Source of the DNA: an uncultured Gammaproteobacteria bacterium
GTDB lineage: Bacteria > Patescibacteriota > Microgenomatia > UBA10105 > UBA927
Direction of reading: 5' to 3'
Assembly (NCBI GenBank): GCA_964394685.1
Contig: CAYMYO010000001.1
Coordinates: 64,040-128,039 of the forward strand
DNA length: 64,000 bases
Part shown: piece after piece, positions 60,186 through 64,000 of the stretch
Layout of the letters: every line of letters begins with the position of its first letter
Numbering within the stretch: position 1 is the first letter of the stretch
Notes under the pieces: model-generated
Databases searched by the model: none
Told to the model about the DNA's origin: nothing
Seen by the model: only the letters and a program-made list of their open reading frames with translations
Made by a program: the position numbers and the translations under genes

Positions 60186-60729
60186 TGTAGCCAGGATAGA
60201 TAACAATACATTTATCTTTTGAAATGTGAAGTTTTTCAACAACGTCCTTTTTTGTTGCTTCGGAATCGCACAAAAATAAAGAACACTCCTTTTTTGCGTA
60301 ATTCAGTCGTCTTTCTTGAACTGATTTTATGATTTCAGGAAAACTATCTGGATGGATAAGAAAGCTGACGTCGTGAATAGTTGTCATTCCAATGGTTTTT
60401 TTTGGGATAGGCGGTTGTGTCCAGTCGCTTGACCAAAAAATATCAAGCGGACCAGTAAACCAAGTAATTGGAATAATGTGGAGTGTATTCCAAAGAATAT
60501 CTAAGATCGTTGGTGGAATTGGTGTGTAGACCAATCGCACATTTTTACTTATTTTTTTGAGTTTTTCGCTAAATTCTTGTAATTTTTTCTGTTGTCGTAG
60601 AGTTGCGCCAAAAAGAACATACGTGTTGCCCGGGGCAAATTTGATCATTGCTTCTGTCATCTGTTCGACATACCGGGAAACACCGGTTCCGGTGAAAACT
60701 ATTTGGCTGATGTCAATGCCGATGGTCAT
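60178..60729 (-). CDS. GT4 glycosyltransferase N-terminal domain only
   Basis: IGIDIS..TGV.RY, TIHD, DSEATK.D; ends VIYPGYNE* at the interdomain linker; TATACT 6 nt upstream of ATG 60729. Confidence 0.7.
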   Translation of the reverse strand: MTIGIDISQIVFTGTGVSRYVEQMTEAMIKFAPGNTYVLFGATLRQQKKLQEFSEKLKKISKNVRLVYTPIPPTILDILWNTLHIIPITWFTGPLDIFWSSDWTQPPIPKKTIGMTTIHDVSFLIHPDSFPEIIKSVQERRLNYAKKECSLFLCDSEATKKDVVEKLHISKDKCIVIYPGYNE

Positions 60730-60749
60730 ATCTGTAGTATATCTCATCC

Positions 60750-60784
60750 ATACTTTATACTTAATACCTAATACATTATACTCA
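60750..60784 (+). repeat. Degenerate heptamer array ATACNNN x5 in a divergent promoter region
   Basis: atacttt atactta ataccta atacatt atactca. Confidence 0.85.
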
Positions 60785-60788
60785 AGCT

Positions 60789-61970
60789 ATGGTTATTGCT
60801 ATTGATGGCTATGAAGCAAATGTTGAAAATCGAGTAGGTATCGGCCGGTATGCGTATGAAATACTAAAGCATATATACAAAATACGATATACAAAATACG
60901 ATATACAAAATACCAATTTCCGTATTTACCTCCCGGAGAAGCCACTGCCGGATATGCCCAAAGAAACAGCGTGGTGGACATACCATATTGTGAAACCAAA
61001 GAAATTATGGACCTTTATTGGATTTCCATTAGCTCTTTTCAGGGATACGCCCAAAGCTGACGTAGTGTTTTCTCCCACGCACTATATTCCTCGGTTTGTC
61101 ACTACTCCTCGTGTTATGTCCATCATGGATTTGTCGTATTTATCGTTTCCAGAGTTATTTAAAGCGAAAGATCTTCACCAATTAGTTCATTGGACACGAT
61201 ATGCAGCTAGTCATGCAAAACTTATCTTCACAATCAGCGAATTTAGTAGAAATGCTATAATTAAGGCATACCGGGTGAACCCGAAACATGTCGTTGTGAC
61301 CTACCCGGGACTGACGGAAAAAGTATCAAGTATCAAGTATCCCCGCCTGCCGGACGGGCAGGAAGTATCAAGTATGGAAATTACAAAAAAATACGCAATT
61401 GCAAAGCATTATATCCTCTCAGTAGGCACAATTCAGCCACGAAAAAATTATGAACGCTTAATTGAAGCATTTGCACTGTTTTTGCAAAAAAACAAGCAGA
61501 AATTTGGAACGATTGACCTCGTGATTGTAGGCAAAAAAGGGTGGCTGTATGATGAAATTCTTCATGCTCCAAAGCGATATGGCGTGGAAAAGCTGGTAAA
61601 ATTCTTGGATTTTGTGCCTGATAATGATTTACCGGCTCTTTACAAGAATGCATTGTGTTTTGCACTTCCCAGCCTCTATGAAGGGTTCGGATTACCGGTT
61701 CTTGAGGCTATGGCACAAGGATGTCCTGTCGTTGTCAGCAATAGCTCTAGTCTTCCTGAGATAGCAGGCGACGCTGGAGTTTATGTAAATCCAGCTAGTG
61801 TTGAAAGTATTGCGAGCGGGCTTTTAACAGCAGTTCGACAAAGAAACCTGATGCAAGGGAAAATTCGTGTAAAAAAAGGACTTGAGCAAGTTTCGAAATT
61901 CTCATGGGATAAAGCAGCGAAAGAGACAATAGATCTTCTCGAACGTGTAGGGAAAGGAACATTGATATGA
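60789..61970 (+). CDS. GT4 glycosyltransferase with two repeat-derived in-frame insertions
   Basis: [38 protein letters not shown]. Confidence 0.9.
   Translation: MVIAIDGYEANVENRVGIGRYAYEILKHIYKIRYTKYDIQNTNFRIYLPEKPLPDMPKETAWWTYHIVKPKKLWTFIGFPLALFRDTPKADVVFSPTHYIPRFVTTPRVMSIMDLSYLSFPELFKAKDLHQLVHWTRYAASHAKLIFTISEFSRNAIIKAYRVNPKHVVVTYPGLTEKVSSIKYPRLPDGQEVSSMEITKKYAIAKHYILSVGTIQPRKNYERLIEAFALFLQKNKQKFGTIDLVIVGKKGWLYDEILHAPKRYGVEKLVKFLDFVPDNDLPALYKNALCFALPSLYEGFGLPVLEAMAQGCPVVVSNSSSLPEIAGDAGVYVNPASVESIASGLLTAVRQRNLMQGKIRVKKGLEQVSKFSWDKAAKETIDLLERVGKGTLI
60875..60916 (+). repeat. Heptamer array ATACNNN x6 (alternating ATACAAA/ATACGAT) inside a CDS
   Basis: atacaaa atacgat atacaaa atacgat atacaaa ataccaa; 42 bp; encodes [13 protein letters not shown]. 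Confidence 0.9.
61321..61376 (+). repeat. Heptamer array (AAGTATC) interrupted by a 21-bp GC-rich hairpin
   Basis: (aagtatc)x3 - cccgcctgccggacgggcagg - aagtatc aagtatg. Confidence 0.92.
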
Positions 61971-62566
61971 GAATACTTATTGATTTTTGGGTGTATCTAG
62001 CAACCCTGACGGGATATATACCAAGTCATACAATACGACTATTTTTGTATAGACATCTGTTTCGGATGCATATAGGAAAAGATTCATCAATTCATTGGAG
62101 AGCCGAGTTTAATCAGCCGTCGGGAATTGAAATTGGTCACAACACTATTATCGGCAACGACGCTTTTCTAGATGGACGATATGTTCGTGACTGGAAAGGA
62201 AAGAAAAAATCAATCCTATCCTATAGCCGTGAATTTATTAGTCCTATAACACGACCACTTCGAATTGGAAATAATGTTTCAATTGCCGGAGAAGTGCGTA
62301 TTTATACGATGGAACACGATATTGATACACCTGATTTTAAGGAAATTGGTGCTCCCGTTGTCATTGAAGATTACGTTGTTATTGGATCACGAGTAACGAT
62401 CCTTCCAGGAGTCACCATTGGAAAAGGAGCAGTTATCGCCTCGGGGGCAGTCGTCATCAAAGATGTGGAGCCGTACGCGGTTGTAGGAGGAGTCCCTGCT
62501 AAATTTATTAAAGAGCGATCCAAAAATCTTACTTATACCTTAAAATTTGCCCGTTTGTTTCAATAA
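61967..62566 (+). CDS. LbH acyltransferase (maltose/galactoside O-acetyltransferase family)
   Basis: Hexapeptide repeats, [14 protein letters not shown]...GAVV.KDV..Y.VVGGVPA. Confidence 0.85.
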   Translation: MRILIDFWVYLATLTGYIPSHTIRLFLYRHLFRMHIGKDSSIHWRAEFNQPSGIEIGHNTIIGNDAFLDGRYVRDWKGKKKSILSYSREFISPITRPLRIGNNVSIAGEVRIYTMEHDIDTPDFKEIGAPVVIEDYVVIGSRVTILPGVTIGKGAVIASGAVVIKDVEPYAVVGGVPAKFIKERSKNLTYTLKFARLFQ

Positions 62567-62575
62567 AATCATTCT

Positions 62576-63442
62576 ATGAATCTTTCTATAGTCATCGTTA
62601 GTTTTAATACAGTGAAATTGACCGATGATTGTTTGTCATCGGTTATCAAAAGTTTAAAGGGGTCAGATATTTCCTATGAAATTATTGTTGTTGATAATGT
62701 CTCTACAGATGGGACGAGAGAGATGCTCGCAAAAAAATATCCAAAAGTCATAACAATACTAAATAGTGATAACGTTGGTTTTGGACGAGCAAATAATCAA
62801 GGAATACGAAAGGCCAAAGGGGAATATATCTTGCTTCTTAACTCTGATACCTTAATTCCAAATCACGCAATTAATAAATTGTATGAATTTACAAGAAAAC
62901 ACCCAAGATCGTTTGTCGGACCAAAGCTACTTAATATGAATAGGACTCCTCAAACATCTTGTGGACCATTCTTTAGTTTGCCAGTTGTAATAGCATCACT
63001 TTTTTTAAGAGGGGATGTCATTGGACTTACACGCTGGTCACCGAGAATTTCGAAACGTGTTGATTGGGTATCAGGAGCGTGTATCATGGCAGCAAAGAAA
63101 CTTTTTATGGATAACCTTCTCTTCGATGAGAAGATTTTTATGTATATGGAAGAGATAGATCTACTTATGAGAGCAAAGATGAAAGGGTATGGAACGTACT
63201 TCTATGCAGGAAGCCCCATTATCCATCTGGGTGGAGGAAGTTCAGTAAATAAGCGGACAGGACCAGTGCTAAATATATATAAAGGTCTTATGTATGTGTA
63301 TAACAAGCACAATTCTAAACGGGCGTTGTCTATGTTGAAGTTTCTCCTTCGACTAAAAGCACTAGTATTAATTGGACTTGGGATTGTTATCGGAAGCAGG
63401 TATTTAAAAACAACATATGCAGAAGCTCTTAAACTGGTGTAA
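62576..63442 (+). CDS. GT2 glycosyltransferase (WbbL-like)
   Basis: IVSFNT, VVDN.STDG, GFGRANN, LLNSD, FMYMEE.DL; TAAAAT 6 nt upstream. Confidence 0.88.
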   Translation: MNLSIVIVSFNTVKLTDDCLSSVIKSLKGSDISYEIIVVDNVSTDGTREMLAKKYPKVITILNSDNVGFGRANNQGIRKAKGEYILLLNSDTLIPNHAINKLYEFTRKHPRSFVGPKLLNMNRTPQTSCGPFFSLPVVIASLFLRGDVIGLTRWSPRISKRVDWVSGACIMAAKKLFMDNLLFDEKIFMYMEEIDLLMRAKMKGYGTYFYAGSPIIHLGGGSSVNKRTGPVLNIYKGLMYVYNKHNSKRALSMLKFLLRLKALVLIGLGIVIGSRYLKTTYAEALKLV

Positions 63443-64000
63443 GGATAATCTATTGTACGTAATGACGCTCTTTCTACTCGCGTTTATTCCCTTGTACCCA
63501 AAATTACCGCTTATTAATATTATTCGAACGTGGGTATATATCAGATTAGAAGATTTTTTGATTGCTATTGCAGCCATTATTTTAGGAATAATTTTTTTCC
63601 GTGAGAAACGGATATCTAAATCACCACTTACGATTCCCATTGTTGTATATTGGATCGTCGGAGGAATATCTCTTGTCAATGCGCTTATTTTTATATTTCC
63701 CCATGTAACTAGTTTATTCCCACACTTAGGGATTCTTCATTTTGCCAGGCGTATTGAATATATGATTGTTTGTTTTTTGGCCTATGAAGCATTTCGGAAA
63801 AAACCAGCATTACTTCCGCTTTTATACACCCTTGTAGGTTCTTTTATCCTTGTAGTTTTGTACGGATTTGGACAGAAGTTTTTGGGGTTCCCGGCGTTTC
63901 TTACCATGAATGAAGAGTTTGCAAAAGGAGTGCCATTGAGGCTTCCTTCAACAGCGCGGTTTCCTTCGACATTCGGAGGACATTATGATTTGGCAGCGTA
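63417..64000 (+). CDS. O-antigen ligase/Wzy_C-like membrane protein, 3'-partial
   Basis: Not in the ORF track (runs off the window); manual translation MQKLLNWCKDNLL...FIPLYPKLPL...IRLEDF...YGFGQK...R..STFGGHYDLA. Confidence 0.65.
   Translation, partial: MQKLLNWCKDNLLYVMTLFLLAFIPLYPKLPLINIIRTWVYIRLEDFLIAIAAIILGIIFFREKRISKSPLTIPIVVYWIVGGISLVNALIFIFPHVTSLFPHLGILHFARRIEYMIVCFLAYEAFRKKPALLPLLYTLVGSFILVVLYGFGQKFLGFPAFLTMNEEFAKGVPLRLPSTARFPSTFGGHYDLAA

Overview
The whole 64 kb is one densely packed, AT-rich cell-surface glycosylation locus of about 57 CDSs read in genetic code 11. The gene content (DUF5667-like protein, many GT-C paralogues, -10 boxes 5-8 nt before start codons) suggests a Patescibacteria/CPR (Microgenomates-like) host; this is an inference. 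It holds about 18 multi-TM GT-C-type glycosyltransferases, GT2/GT4 enzymes, a flippase and several NDP-sugar cassettes (3-amino sugar WbpB/E/D-like, ColD-like, WecE/WecD-like, Uxs, GalE). Two features stand out. (1) A central block (36.3-46.2 kb) places thiolase, acetoacetyl-CoA reductase and ornithine carbamoyltransferase beside an N-acyltransferase, an O-carbamoyltransferase and WecE. It looks like a self-contained supply of 3-hydroxybutyryl-CoA and carbamoyl-phosphate donors for glycan decoration. (2) A layer of tiny repeats sits in and between genes: seven heptamer tandem arrays (mostly ATACNNN; four within 1.7 kb of an Avd-like four-helix-bundle gene) and GC-rich palindromes translated in frame (PPAGG, PPTGG, RLPDGQ), one of them nested inside a heptamer array. 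There is also one GT-C gene split by an in-frame TAG and a 3x39-bp intragenic repeat. No rRNA, tRNA, CRISPR, transposase or reverse transcriptase was seen. All product calls come from motifs read by eye, not from database searches.
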